64,000 nucleotides of DNA from Phoronis australis (GCA_002633005.1 NMRA01000110.1:519850-583849), one strand, 5' to 3'; shown: positions 48,120-61,455, counted from the first letter of the stretch. Notes: generated from the sequence alone by a model not told the origin. Program-made: numbers and translations.

Positions 48120-48260
48120 CATGGGTGGCGCAGCACTGAAAAAAGTGGGGGCTAAAGCCCCCTCAGCCCCCTGGGATGCACCGCCTATAGACCATGTGTG
48201 GCGTAGCACTGAAAAAAGTGGGGTATAGCCCTCCCAGCCCCCTATGGTGCGCCGCCCATG
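48120..48260. mobile_element. Short MITE-like element with internal dimer, in 3' UTR region
   Basis: Ends catgggtggcgca / tgcgccgcccatg (13-bp IR, 1 mismatch); AATTT on both flanks; two internal copies of gcactgaaaaaagtgggg..agcccc. Confidence 0.6.
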
Positions 48261-48959
48261 AATTTTCCAGTTTACTCAAAAGAATGTATTAACCACCTAT
48301 TTCTTACTTTTTCTGATATCCAACCATATTTTTCAAAAAGAATTTGACAAGCCTTTTCAAAATTCTGGGAAGTTGTGACAAGTCAGGAAAGAAATAAAGC
48401 CTACCAAAAGTTATGCAAAATCATCAGAGAATAAACTGAAACTTTTTTCCAAAATATGCTTCAATTTTTCAGTGAAAATATTTTTGTCAACTTTTTTGAA
48501 AACTTTCGTAACTGTTTATTAAGTGTAAATTGTTACAAGCTATCTTGAGGGTAAATCCTTTCATGAAGTATTATACATAAACAAACTTTTGATTGCTTGT
48601 TACATGTTTATGAACTGTTAGATATTCACATGAAACAGACTGAGATCTGGTTGTTATGTGTCTGAACAATATCACCGTTAATGAAATGACAAGGTGCGTT
48701 GTTTCTTTATGACCTGCCTTAGTAATTGCAATGCTCTTTTATTTTTCATGAACTAATTTCCTATGTGTTTAAGATCGGTTGATTTCCATGACTAATTCAA
48801 ATGTATGTACCTGTTTTTATTACAGTTAAATGACTTGTGATGTTGCATATTATAATTCAGATCTTGTAATGATTTTGCTGGACGAAATCTTTACAGCATG
48901 GTTGCACTTAATTCACTCTCTGTATTTATGCCAGGTCTGCATTTGCTTGGTTCTTAATG

Positions 48960-49085
48960 ACAACTTCAGGCTTGTGAACCAATCAGACGTCATCTCTAGT
49001 TACAACTTGAGGCTCATAAACCAATCAGACGTCATCTCCAGTTACAACGTGAGGCTCATAAACCAATCAGACGTCATCTCCAGTT
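48960..49085. repeat. 42-bp tandem repeat x3 in 3' UTR region
   Basis: acaacttgaggctcataaaccaatcagacgtcatctccagtt. Confidence 0.85.
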
Positions 49086-49110
49086 AACACAGTGTACACA
49101 AGCATGAGTG

Positions 49111-49116
49111 AATAAA
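49111..49116 (+). promoter_or_regulatory. Candidate polyadenylation signal of giant gene (second AATAAA at 49334-49339)
   Basis: AATAAA followed by T-rich sequence, ~1.2-1.45 kb after the stop at 47885. Confidence 0.45.
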
Positions 49117-50922
49117 GTGCACCTTATAATTATGATTATTTTTATGGAATTATTTTTTTAATCAAGGTGAATTTACTATTTAAAATGTTATTAACATACA
49201 TTCCAGATGACATTTCTTAGTTATTATTTATCTGTGTATTTTTGTAGTCATTTAGCATTTGAAGTTGTAGTTAGCTTCTACTGTGTGTCCATTCCAAACT
49301 GTACAATGTTATTCGGATTATTTTGTAACTGGTAATAAACCCAAAATTGTCATTTACATCGTGTTTCGTTTTTTTTTCTAATTATTTGAATGTCACAACG
49401 ATAACATATTATTCAGTAAGTGAATACGGTAATGGCTGGATATTACGTGCTCGAATTTTGAGAACCCCTTTTCTCCACTGCCAATAACAGGCATCAAACT
49501 GGCTCTCAAAATAGGGTCATATTATATCCGACTATTGCCATAAATACTGACACTTTGGAAAATATGTCATTAATAGGTGAGGTCAGGTTGATTATGCAAC
49601 AAAGGTAAATTATCATCGACACCAACGTGAAGCAAATCAAAACTCTGAGCATGAGATGTCAAGTATGACATTGTTCGTGTTATTTCTAGACTTATTAAAA
49701 CTGGGTTTTTATTCAGTTTTTCTAAGAAACTGCTTAAAACTGTGTTGACATTGTTCTTAGCATTAGTGTAGACAATGATATTTGCTTATTACGGTTCCCA
49801 TCAGAATGTATTCTGCAAGAACACAAATCAACGTCAAACGCAAATGATATCTCTTCGCCAGATGCTGTCTTCAGTGTGCACTTGTACACTATGCTCTATT
49901 ATTAAAAACTGATACGCATTTTTAAACACATTTTATTACAATCATATGAAAAAATACCATTCATAGAAGGTGGGCAGTGAGCAGTGAAACATCTATAAAT
50001 AGAACATAATCTGTGTTCAGCTGTCCTTGGTTTTTTATACCAAGCTTTAATGGTCACAGGCTGTTAATAACTAAACAGTAGAACTGTAGTCTTAATGTTA
50101 ATTATGTAACACTTAATTGGCAAGGGACTTCAGTTTAATGAAGAGTCTCGTCAAATATCAACCTGTGAAAGATTTTGACTAGCTTTCATTCTAGATATGA
50201 AATTTGTACAAGACAAGAGGGTGTGTGAACTGCCTAACATGTTATTAATAAATATAAGTTTAGGCAAATATTCCCAAATTAGATCAAGTAAAAACCAAGC
50301 TAGAATTAGTCTAGCCCTTGCCCATGTAGCCACATTAAACAACAAAAGAAGTCCATTGGAAATATGCCTTTTAAATACTAAGGCTTTTAAAGATGGCTCT
50401 ATGGGCCACTAGTTTATTTAAAGATCTGAAATTATTTCATAGATTCAGAAGAAAACAATCCTCACAAGATAATAGCAACTGTGTGTACTCTACAACTAAA
50501 CATCGTAAGTGGAAGACGAAACTTGTGTGACAGAGAGTATGTGAAGTACAAAGGATACTTTTACAATTGCATAGAAAAACAGCTGATTTGTAAGAAGATC
50601 TCTAACATACTATTATCATTCACATTATCTTCAGTTAAGAAAGAAGTCGTAGAAAGTAAAGTAGAAAATGTTATTAATATTGCATAATTTCAAAAACCTT
50701 TCAAAATCTTGACATGAAATGTGCCATATAATGCAATTTATAAAATGAAAAAGTTACAAGCAAATTATGCCTCTCCCTTGCAAATAAAACTTTTAATTAT
50801 CACAGATTTGACTTTCAAGAAGAACCTAAGATCCTACTAAATAGAAGCAGAGCACAATTACAAAACAAAGTGCATACATCAACAATGTGATTCAAGTTCA
50901 TTCTAGTGGGATATTCCTTGTT

Positions 50923-51486
50923 TTAAAACCCAAGTCCTAAGGCTGGTATGCCGTTTCTTGTGTAAAAAGTGTCTTTAACAATTCGTGAGCGGGCAAACAC
51001 AGGTTTCTTGATTTCATCTTTTCTGATGACTTCTCCCAACTTCCAACCATATTCCTGTGTACTTGTGATTGGAAACGAATATTTCAGTTCGGGATCCGTG
51101 TGATTTCTCGCCTTCAAATACCAGTAACGACCTTTTTCTTCTTTTGTAAATCCGTCGTAGAGCATAGCAAATGTTTTTGGGGAGGCCGGTCGCATCTCTC
51201 TCAATGAGATAGGTTCCGTTTTTGATCTTGTCAGTTTGAGTAGACTGTCCTGAGCGTTCGTAGGTTTCTGTTTGCGGAACTTGTTTGCATCTATTTTAGG
51301 TAGTCGCCTTACCACATCTTCGTCCATCTTCGGCGCACCGACGATTCTCTTCCTGAAAACTTCCAGTTGTTTTGACTTTCCCATCCCTGTACTTTCCGAG
51401 CCCCATCGCAGGCGCGCGTCTTCCTCCTTTTCGATATGTTCCTCCCATTGTCTTTGAGCCCGCACGCCTCCAATAAATCTGGTCAT
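50923..51486 (-). CDS. SPMIP1: SPMIP1/ATP6V1FNB-like sperm/ciliary microtubule inner protein, single coding exon, 187 aa
   Basis: Intact ATG-TAA ORF. N-terminal QWEEHIEKE..RLRW and C-terminal MRPASP...LYDGF.KE..GRY.YLKAR...PE.KY.FPITSTQEYGW...F.R..IVKDTFY match my recollection of the ATP6V1FNB/SPMIP1 family. Confidence 0.8.
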   Translation of the reverse strand: MTRFIGGVRAQRQWEEHIEKEEDARLRWGSESTGMGKSKQLEVFRKRIVGAPKMDEDVVRRLPKIDANKFRKQKPTNAQDSLLKLTRSKTEPISLREMRPASPKTFAMLYDGFTKEEKGRYWYLKARNHTDPELKYSFPITSTQEYGWKLGEVIRKDEIKKPVFARSRIVKDTFYTRNGIPALGLGF

Positions 51487-51695
51487 TTTTCAATTACGAC
51501 AGTTTTATACAGCTCATACAATTTTTATGGAAGTTTCACCAATTTTCCTCGCACAAAGACTACAACTATAGCACAGTGCCTGTTCAACGTCCCAGTTGTT
51601 GCACGCTCAGTTTTGCACAGTCAACGTCGCTATAGAGATGTGACGTCAGGATCTCGTGCACAGACCACGCAATTACACGAGAGTACAAAAGCAAG
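51487..51695. promoter_or_regulatory. Compact bidirectional promoter between SPMIP1-like and FBXL5
   Basis: Divergent ATGs 209 bp apart; perfect CRE TGACGTCA at 51641-51648; X-box-like GTCGCTATAGAGAT at 51626-51639; YY1-like CAAGATGGCG over the FBXL5 ATG; locally CpG-rich. Confidence 0.75.
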
Positions 51696-54600
51696 ATGGC
51701 GCCCTTCCCTGAAGATGTTGATGTGTTTACTGTTCCACACTCAAGAATGAAGTCTTTGGTCGACAGTTACTACAATTTGGTATATTAAAATGCAACATTT
51801 TTATCTTTAAAAACTGTTTAAATAGTAATGTCAGAATGCCATTCTTCTATTGTGTCGTCGTAATGAAAAAACGGACATATTTATATTCTTCATCAGAAAT
51901 CACCTTCGGTTTCACTCCTCCACTCCTTTTTTACTGCCAGCTAGCTGTATGAAGACTGACGTCAAAATACAGCTAGGTATCACTGTGTTTTTTCTGCCGT
52001 AGACCACGAAATTGCACACAGCCAGGGCAGTTCTGTTCATCAACTCGCCATGAAACCTGGCTGTATCCACAGGCGTCCTCAGCTTCTGATCGTCCCCAAT
52101 ACACTACATATAATACTACAAGGTAGGACACTCTCGACTAGAAATTCCACGGGTGCTTCACTTCACCCGTCCATAGCAAACATAAAACTCAATAAATTTA
52201 CACAAAACAGGGGTTCAACAAACCATGAAGAATTGTTCTTTCTCCCAATACCATTCACGGTGTCCTGTTCCGGCGACTTCGTAAGAAATTCGCAGTCAAA
52301 GAACAAAAATGTTCACAAAAAACCCCCGCGCACGTCCATCGGTTGCCGCTCGAGGTCAAGGACGGTACGNGTCGCACTTGAATACAAAAAACAGTCTTAA
52401 AGTTCAGTGGCAAACATAGAACAAAAATATTTGAACTCTTTAGACGTAATAAACTAATTTGTGTAACGAAGCTTCCGTTGATATCGTCTTGCTAAACATA
52501 AATCAGTGATAGCAGATTGGTGTTGGCGGGCGTAGCAATGTAATAATCCAGTCCATGCAGACAAATCTCAGGTAGGTTAACATTCAGTATCATCATTTTG
52601 GCGCAGGGCTATGGTTGACTAAACAGTTGGATGTCACGCCCTGCAGTATGATTCACAATGCCTTTTGTAAACTCAGACACAATAAAATGAATGAAGCAGA
52701 AAGCTTACTGTTTCTTACTTCATTGGACAGCCCTGGCGCTTTCCCATTTTAGAAAATTCGTATCGAAGTCGTTACCTGGTCCCCGGCTGTATTAAGTTTA
52801 TATGCACTGTCGGATAACCAGGCAGAAACGAGATAAGAAAGGGGATTGGGGATTGAATGATTGTGTTTAACGTGGGCACAATTCAAGATCCCATTGTAAA
52901 ATTATTATTTTTCCCTTTCGATCCACAAATGGTGAAAGGTGCCATGTGACTTGTACTTATTCATTATTACCAGCGATCATTCGTACTAGCGATCATTTTT
53001 TCTTGCAATTCATTTTACTAGCGATCATTTTTACTAGCGATCATTTTTACTAGCGATCATTTTTACTAGCGATTTTTGCATGGCGGTGAAGTTTCCCCAT
53101 CACGATTAGGTGTGTGGCGGTCAATCTGAGTATGATTTACGAGTAGCGGGGCCAGAAAGGAGCGTGGCGGGCTGCCCAAAAGTTCACACGCAAGGAAAAC
53201 CCTGTGTATCAACATGTAGGCCTAGTGAAGCTCGGACAGGGTGCATGCCAAATCTGGGTATCAACCCACACTCACCTTGCCTGTTAAAACCGTTTAAGTG
53301 AAAAACAATCCAACAAACATCATTTTCTTACGCCATTCTCGACCTTTTGTAACAATGAAGTTTAGAATATATATAGGTAAATAAAACAACAAGAATGGGT
53401 CAACTGAAATTTTGGGATATAATAACATCCTTATTTAACAATGAAAAGTATGTTGTCGTTTTGAAAACAATACGCTCGTGTCACGCCATTTCCTAATTTT
53501 TTTGACAAATTCGCAGCAGCAAAATTTGTTCTGAAGTTCAGTTTTTCAGTATCGAAATCCATAAAAACTTATATTGAAGTGAAACCAGTTCCAATAATTT
53601 GTTGTGACGTGTACGCAACCTCGTGAAAGAACAAAAGTTGATTGAACAATCGGCAAAAAAAGAAACTGGCCAATAGGTGACGCAATATTTTATGACCCTT
53701 ATAACTGCATTGAAATCAAGCCGAAAAATTATCCGCTGAAAGATTCAACTTTTTACTATTCACTTGTTACTCCCCATTAATTTTGCATTTTTGTGAACTC
53801 GAGAACTGAAGCATTCACTTGACTTAATAGTTGGCATTTAAGTCACTACATCATGTGATCTGAGATTACAAGATGGCAGACAATGCGCCGTTGTTAGGGG
53901 AAGGTAAAAAGAGGTGAAATACAACTGGTAAGCCATTTGCAGTTTTCTAAACATGCCAAGGGAATTTGATTTGGCTTGTACTAACTCACTGAACAAGAAG
54001 TTTCCTTCCATTATTTTGGTTTATGTCCATTTCACCAATCGACAAAAGGCCGTCCGATGACCTTTCAGCTCTGTTTAAGAGCTGAGTATTGGCTATCATT
54101 TGACGTGAGTCTTCACCACAGTCAGGCATTGAGATCGTAGAGTCACCACAGTCGGGCACTGCTATCATGGAGTCACCACAGCCAGTCATTGGGGTCATGA
54201 ATCTGTTCACTACTTCACTAACTGCTGAAAATCCATCAACACTTAGATTTGAATCAAGCTTTTGTACCTGAGAGTTAAGCATCCAAAACCATTCAGCTCC
54301 CAGGCAATAGCCATTTGGCAAGCGGCTTGGGGAGCCGTTATAAGGCTGTACATTGTCAGTTGAAACTTTTATTTTCACTAAGTTCATTTTAGAAATTTAG
54401 ACATTCAAGATGTACTGATTTTGTAGAAAACTCCATGAAAATGTCAATCCTACCTTGATTAATGCAAAAAAACATTGCTTAATATTTTCCTTTACTAGTC
54501 AAGCAGGTACTACACATGTTGCTCAGTTGTTTCAAATGTGGATGTCTTCATGACTCTGTTTATGTATAGAGTCATCAAGACACTAAAAGTGACAATAACT

Positions 54601-57600
54601 ATCTGAATCCTTAGACTTTGTATGACATAACTAAGGTACAAATAACAAGAGAGCATTACGTGTGTTGAATGGCCGTGCCCCACCTCTGGGCTGTGCCCCA
54701 CCTCTATCTCATATGTAGACTTACAACCTGTTACAAATAACCAAGTAATGCATCACTTATTCACCAAAATCATTAGAACAACTTATTAATTATATACTCC
54801 GTTTAAAAACTACTTGCTGAACCATTTCAATTCATTTTGTCTCGTATATTATTTTTATTGTGTCATTTTTGTTGCAGGTTGCTTCCACAAACTTCTCCAA
54901 CGACATTGACCTTCAGTCACTGTTGATGAGCCTATCGCGCACATTCTATGAGTTGAAGGCACACGAGCAGATAGAGAATATGTACATTATGGCCAAGTTG
55001 AAGGCAAAGTTGAAGGCTTTGTCCATTACCAACACAGCTGTGTGTAACTGTCACGCTGACAACAGGCTATCCAATATCATGCAGCTTCTGTCGCAGGGCT
55101 TCAGTCTGTCGTCCAATGACAGGAAGAACTATGAGAGTCAGCTGAGGTCAGCACTGCAGGAGTTCACTGAACACTTCCTGCCTCACATGCAGCAGGAAGA
55201 GGAGGTAATGAAACCCTTCTTTCACGCCACGACACCAGCGATTGTTTCTGAGCCCTCTCCCACACCACTACTGCATCAAAATTTTTGTCTGACCACTGGG
55301 ATCACTTTTTGCATTGTACTTGTGTTCTGCATTAACAGGTCGTAGACTTGGTGTGGTAATATTTCCCACTGCATTTGAACTCAACAAAGTTGACAAATAG
55401 TACAGATCTTTGTTGCTTAATGCTCCTTGGTACACAGCTCAGAGTTGATAGTCATGACATTTGTTTTCCTTAATTTTCAGTTTTACTCTTCTTTTTGCTC
55501 TATGGTGTAAAACTGGTCAAATTCAGAGTAAATGAATGATGGAGGACCTGACACTACACCCAGTGTTAGCTCTACTCTTGTAAAGCCACATTTTTGGTAC
55601 ATTTCAAGTTTTTAAGGTCTATGAAAACGATTCCTCAAAATTATGTCCTAGCTGACTCATTCATAAACTCAGCACATGACTTGTTTAGCTTTTTGCATCA
55701 AGTGATGTAAAAGCGTAGTATTAGGCAAACACTGTATATCTTACCAGTTTATGATTAACTTGAGAAATGGTGGTTCAATCATTTATACTTTCTTAACCAG
55801 TCAATCACACATTTTGCTAGTCTTTTAACCATTGTACTTTGTAGATTTTCCAACCGCTTTTGATCAAGTACTTCACGCGTGATGAGCTGAAGGCCCTTAA
55901 GGAGCAGGTGCTGACTGAACATGTCATCAAACGGGAGGAAGCACAAGAAGCCAAGTATCAAGAGTGTGAGAAACAAATACTAGAGAGTGGTGAGTGACAG
56001 TGCCCCATGATGTGGTCAGGTATACTACCTGCCGAATTAATAAGCAATTCTCCATCAGAAGCACAAGTGGCGGAAAAAGATGAGGAGTACAAACATTGTT
56101 CCTTTTTGCTTAGACTTATTTATTTGTTTAAGCCATGTTATATAACCTATAATACTTTATTTCCGTGGTCATTCAGCAAATGACCCTTTCTGTTTCAGAA
56201 CAAAACGATGAGTCATGCGAACGAACCATCACTGATTTGCCACCAGAGGTCATGGTGAAAATATGTTCGTATCTTGACCCGAGAGACCTGTGTCGTTGTG
56301 CCCAAGTGTGTCATCAGTGGTCTGCCATCGCTATGGATGGCCAGATGTGGTGGGAGATAACTCCAGTGGAGTGGGCAAATGGTATGAAAGTATACTTCAC
56401 TAGTTGTATAGTGCCTGCTGGTCATTGTGTTCAATGTCAAAATGTTCAGAAATCATTGTTTGGCAGTCAGTATTTTTGTTACACAAGGCTTGGAATTTTC
56501 CGCGCAAACGCGGATTTCCGGTTTTTTTTAAATGTTCTGTCCGCGTATGTTATTATATTTCTTTGTAAAAAAATCGGATTTGATATAAAATCTCCACGGC
56601 AAATTTCTTTCTTACCGCGGCGTTGCCAATGACTTTCACCTCGAAAAGCGGAAGTTGCTCTTTATGTTTCGGAGGAACGTAAATTGTCGACATTGCCGGG
56701 GCATCTGGGATAGGGTGGTGGATTTCTTCAATGGCGTCTCGTGTGATTGTTAACCGCGGTGACAAATACTACGGCTCTGCAGCCAAAAATGTGTGGGGGT
56801 GGGAGTGGAGTGGATGGACGAGATAAAAAGACGCAGACGCACGGTCCTGGAGGTAGTACCGTTCTTTTTGTTTGTTTTTTTAGTCCTCCCGATTCTTGTC
56901 GGCAAAAGATCGACATCGACTATTTCAAGGCTGGGTGCGCGCGTGTTTTTGGGCTGTAAAAATTTCTGCTTTTGTTGTCATTGGTCATTCCAAGCCCTGT
57001 TTACATCTAATTGCATAGCATTGGATATCATCAAAAAGCTCATTAGTTTCTCTCTTAAACTCTACATGATCACATCACATTAAAAAAATTGAAAGTCTTG
57101 GATCTTTTCCTGTTCAGGTTTCTTTTGGGGAATTTTAGCACTTGAAACTTTTAAAATTATGCAAGAATGGATGAATCGGTGTGTGTGCAGACAAGAGCTG
57201 TACCCATTTTATGCTCTTGGGAAGTACAGAAGGATTGAGATTTACTAGGTCCATGGCCTGGTAATAATTTTCAAAATGCTTTTTAATTTACAGCACTATG
57301 TAAGTCTGGCTTAATTATTCTTTTTAATTTGTGCATTTTGATTTTATTTGACTGTGTTCAAAACGTCAGAATGATGTCTTACTAAGCAATCGAATTGTAT
57401 TTCCAAACCAGCTTAATAGATGCATTATCGTGTGGCAAGTCATTTTTTCTCCTCTTTTCCAGGAAACTGGTGCTTCAAGCCCCCTGACCCTGACCCCTGT
57501 GACCTTGAGGAAGATCTGGCTATTGACACCTACAGGTACATTGATGAGGATGCAGACATTGACGAGTCAGCTGACAGTGACAGCAGTGATAGCAGTAACT

Positions 57601-60600
57601 ATAGCGATGTCGCTCAGCAGGTATACCTCACATTCCGACTGTCGTATTTCTGGTTCTGTGTTACATTTAAGACGTTATGAGTGCCATTTAACGTAATTTG
57701 TTAAATATATGATATTTTCTTTGGTCAACGAATCTTTCAAAGTGATTTCTCTGTGAAGTCCTAAGATTCATTCTTTTTTATTTTAAAAACTGCATTGGAG
57801 TTACGTTTAGATTTGTGAAGCCTATTTTTTTCTATACTATTCCGTTTGTGAAATGTAAGTTGACACAGATTTAACTATCACGTGATTAAATCACTTGATA
57901 TTGAGATTTTGTGTTTCTAATGCTCATTGCTTGCAAGACACTTGTGTAAAATGTCTTTTGTAATGGAAATGACATGTATGCATTGTTGCATGTCAGCTCA
58001 TTCTTCTTGTTCAGTGGCGGTCATAATCAAGTGTTGTGCTTGATCCTGTCAAGCTTATTGGACACTTAACTGTCACTGAACTCAGCCCACGTCTGAGTAG
58101 GAACGGTTACTCACTGGCTACACCAAGGTGGTCTCACTACCTGAGCAGGTTACAAGTGCCCATGTTATTGAACTGTTATATATTATAATGTGTCTTTCCA
58201 TTGATTCAGTGTTCTTATGCCTGTCTTCAGATCCGCCAGGAGTCACGCGTTCTGACTGGTCTCATCAAGTATGTCCTTCCCAAGGTTGGCCAAGAGGTGG
58301 CGACACTGACACTGGCTAACAGCAAAGGCATTACTAACTCACTGGTAATGGACTGACTCGTCTTTATGAATATTGTCTCAGCAGGACACTAGACCATTGA
58401 ATTTACTTCCAACAAGACTACTTTAAAATTATTTTGAAGTGTGTCACTTTATTTCACTCATGTACTTATCAAAGCAGTCTGTTGTGCTCACACGTATCTT
58501 ATTTTCACAAACTGTCTTCTTCAAATTACATTGGGTGTTTTGATTTCATAAAAAATACTCTCTTGGTCAGTTTTATAGTGGGTCAATAGCTCATCAACAT
58601 GGCTACTACTTAATGATTGTTTTTGATTTATAAGCCTGATGTATAAAGGCCGGTTGACAACCAGTGAAAACCATGGTTACAGCATCCTGTACAAAAAGGT
58701 TCACACAACGTTCACACAATGTTCACACGACCTTGTGACATTACAGTGTGATCGTAGGGACAAAGTTGCTCTAATTTCAAAGTTTTGTAAATAGGTCATT
58801 GGGTCTACCTATACACATGTTTGTCGAGTCCTATCCTTGTAAACTCTGCATTCGTGAGGTAAACAGCTAGAATGTCAGGCTCAGTCATCACTTAATAACT
58901 ACTGTGGTGACCTCTGTTGTACTACTCTTACAGTTCCACAAGATGGTGCAATTGTGCCCCAACCTTGAACAGCTTAATTTATCTCAGACCAGGATTGGAG
59001 ATGCTGCATTCAAATCGTAAGTTAACCTGTCAATCATCAGTTCATGACCCTTGATGCTGCCTTGGTGGCTGGCTCTCATCGCAGTGTACAGTGCCATCAT
59101 TTAACGTAAAACATCTTCCAAAGTACCAGAAAAATGTGTGCAACGACCCGTTTCGAGGATTTTTCATCTCTCTTTCATTTATTGAAATTGTTCACTTAAT
59201 AACTGGATGTAACATATTTTAATGTTCTCTTCTGTATATGAATTGAATGATAGCAGTTTATGCAGTATTGTCCCCCATACACATTAGAAGTTTATGCAAG
59301 TTGGAACACATGTTTATGTGATAAGAAGTGTGCTCAGTTGCTTGACTTGTACTAATAGTCAAGAGTACCTGCTCTAGAGTAACACGGAAGACAGGCGAAA
59401 TAACTCCATTGTATCAATGAAAAGTGTACAAATGGGGAATTCACTCCCCTGCACTGTCGGTGGTTTTGCGACTGTTGTTGAGCAAATTGTGATTATTACC
59501 TGTAAAACAATGAACGTCATATTAAAAGCAACAGTTATTTTATCTTGGTCTCAATTTCGTTTTTCAGGTTTGGGAAAACAGTGTTTCTTCCAAAACTGAA
59601 AAAGTTGGTTCTATCTGGCTGTGTCAACATCACTGACTGTGCGCTGCAGCGATTGGACGCTTCATTCCAAAAATCCATCTGTTCATCTGGTCACTATGAT
59701 AAAGACACGTCTGAAGGCATGTGTGAAATGAACAAGCCCAGTCTGCCGTGTTGTATTGTTAATGACAAAGACATCAGGAGTCAGTGTGTGGAGTCTGTAG
59801 ATGTCAGAATGTACAATAGGGGGTGCTGTCATAGTCAGTGTTGTGAAGAACAAAATGACAACCAAGAAGTCTCTGAAGAACATCTGCCAAGTATTGAAGA
59901 TTGTGTCTTGAGTGAGAAGACACCTGATGACCAAAATTTGAGTTGTTGCGCACAATTGTCAAAGACTTTAGAACATTTGGACTTATCGGGGTGTCACCTG
60001 GTGTCTGATGAGGGACTAAGGTCAGTTTCGAATTAGACTGTTTATTTATTCCTCTCAAATAACTTCACTTTGAAATAAGTTATCCTGAACTGAGCAAATT
60101 AAGTACAATAAAATCTCACAACAATTTTGGACAAAAATAACAGACAAAATCTTCTTGCTTTCACCAACAGTCTAAAATTGTTTTATAAAACATCTGATGG
60201 TAGTTAAGTAGAGAAATGAAAAAACGAACATTGTATTTGATCCGACAGATTTCCCTAAAAAGTTTCTCACTAAACTGGTAGTAAGCTAAATTGCAGGTCA
60301 TTAAATTGAAAGACCACACAAGCATTTTTAATTTGCTTTAAACCTAGTAACTGCATGACAGAAATTGTTCTACATCTCTGTAATATCTGTACAATTGTGT
60401 TTACAGATACCAGAGAGTTAAGTGTTAAAAATGTAGCTGTTGGTGAGAATATGAACACATTGTATATTGTACGATATCCCTGATAATTTTGATAATTACC
60501 CTTAGTAATTTTTGTTATACCATGAAGGGAAATGGTCAGCTCTCACAAATTGTCTTTATGTCTGCCATCCCATGCCATGACAAGCACTGTCTTCTACAGT

Positions 60601-61080
60601 CACAAGGAAATGCACAATCACATGCCATTGACATGGAAGGAAATGAACGGTCACATGTCATTGACATGGAAGAATTGGTTAGCCTTGTCAAAAGTACTGT
60701 CTTTTTTATTTATTGCCACCCTATCAGAATCCAGTTGACATAAGTTACAGAATTTTTTGGTAACTAAAGAGATGAACACTTGATGAAGATAAATATATGA
60801 TTGTGTTTAATAAATAATTAATTAGCCTTGTTACTCGCCATCTTGTTACAGTAAGTTGACAAGTGGAGGTCTGCCGAGACTTTGTCACCTCGACCTGTCC
60901 GGCTGTATGAATCTGACGGGACGGGGCCTTCAGGGTGTGGTCGATGCATGCCCTGCCCTCATTCACGAGCTGTTCTTTTACTGTGACAACATTAGCGACG
61001 GTCCACTGGCGGAGACGGCCAGTGGATGTAATAATGTCGACTGTCATAACCGTGTCTGTTGTCGTGCACTGGTCAACTGA
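51696..61080 (+). CDS. FBXL5: F-box/LRR-repeat protein 5 (hemerythrin domain, F-box, LRRs, C-terminal 2Fe-2S Cys motif)
   Basis: Exons 51696-51779, 54878-55204, 55845-55989, 56199-56381, 57463-57620, 58231-58344, 58934-59016, 59568-60020, 60852-61080; all GT-AG and phase-consistent. N-terminus [19 protein letters not shown]; di-iron ligand motifs [20 protein letters not shown]; F-box [26 protein letters not shown]; LRRs LSGC; C-terminus [25 protein letters not shown]. Confidence 0.97.
52968..53075. repeat. 16-bp repeat cluster (tactagcgatcatttt) in FBXL5 intron 1
   Basis: About six copies, four in direct tandem. Confidence 0.8.
56484..56999. mobile_element. Non-autonomous DNA transposon (MITE), 516 bp, in FBXL5 intron 4
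   Basis: TIRs caaggcttggaat / attccaagccctg (1 mismatch); flanks gttaca / tttaca resemble a TSD; interior much more CpG-rich than the host intron. Confidence 0.7.
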
Positions 61081-61455
61081 ACTGAGTGAGTGGAGATTAG
61101 GTTCTTGTTATAGGCTATTAGCATATTGAATTAGCATATTGAACGGTCTTATTGCGCTGTGTGTACACATCATAAGGTGCAGATATGCTTTGTCTCACAA
61201 TATATGGTATACAAACTTTATACTTTGTTACTGTCAGTTGGGTAGAGCGTCAGGAAACTACAAAAACTGTGCTTTAAGTGATTAAAATTGCATGATCGAA
61301 CCTTAGGTGCCATTAGCAGGTTTGTGTGTGTGTAGATATATGTGAGCTGAGAGTGGGACATGAACACACTGTCACGCATACGCACATGGCCGGAGACCAA
61401 AACATCACGTGCAGTTGATGAAACGGGTTCGTTTGACTGGATATATCATAATTGG

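Noticed and set aside
53986-54387. 133-aa minus-strand ORF in FBXL5 intron 1
   Set aside because: No recognisable domain, partly made of a 30-bp tandem repeat (gagtcaccacagtc), and no supporting gene structure.
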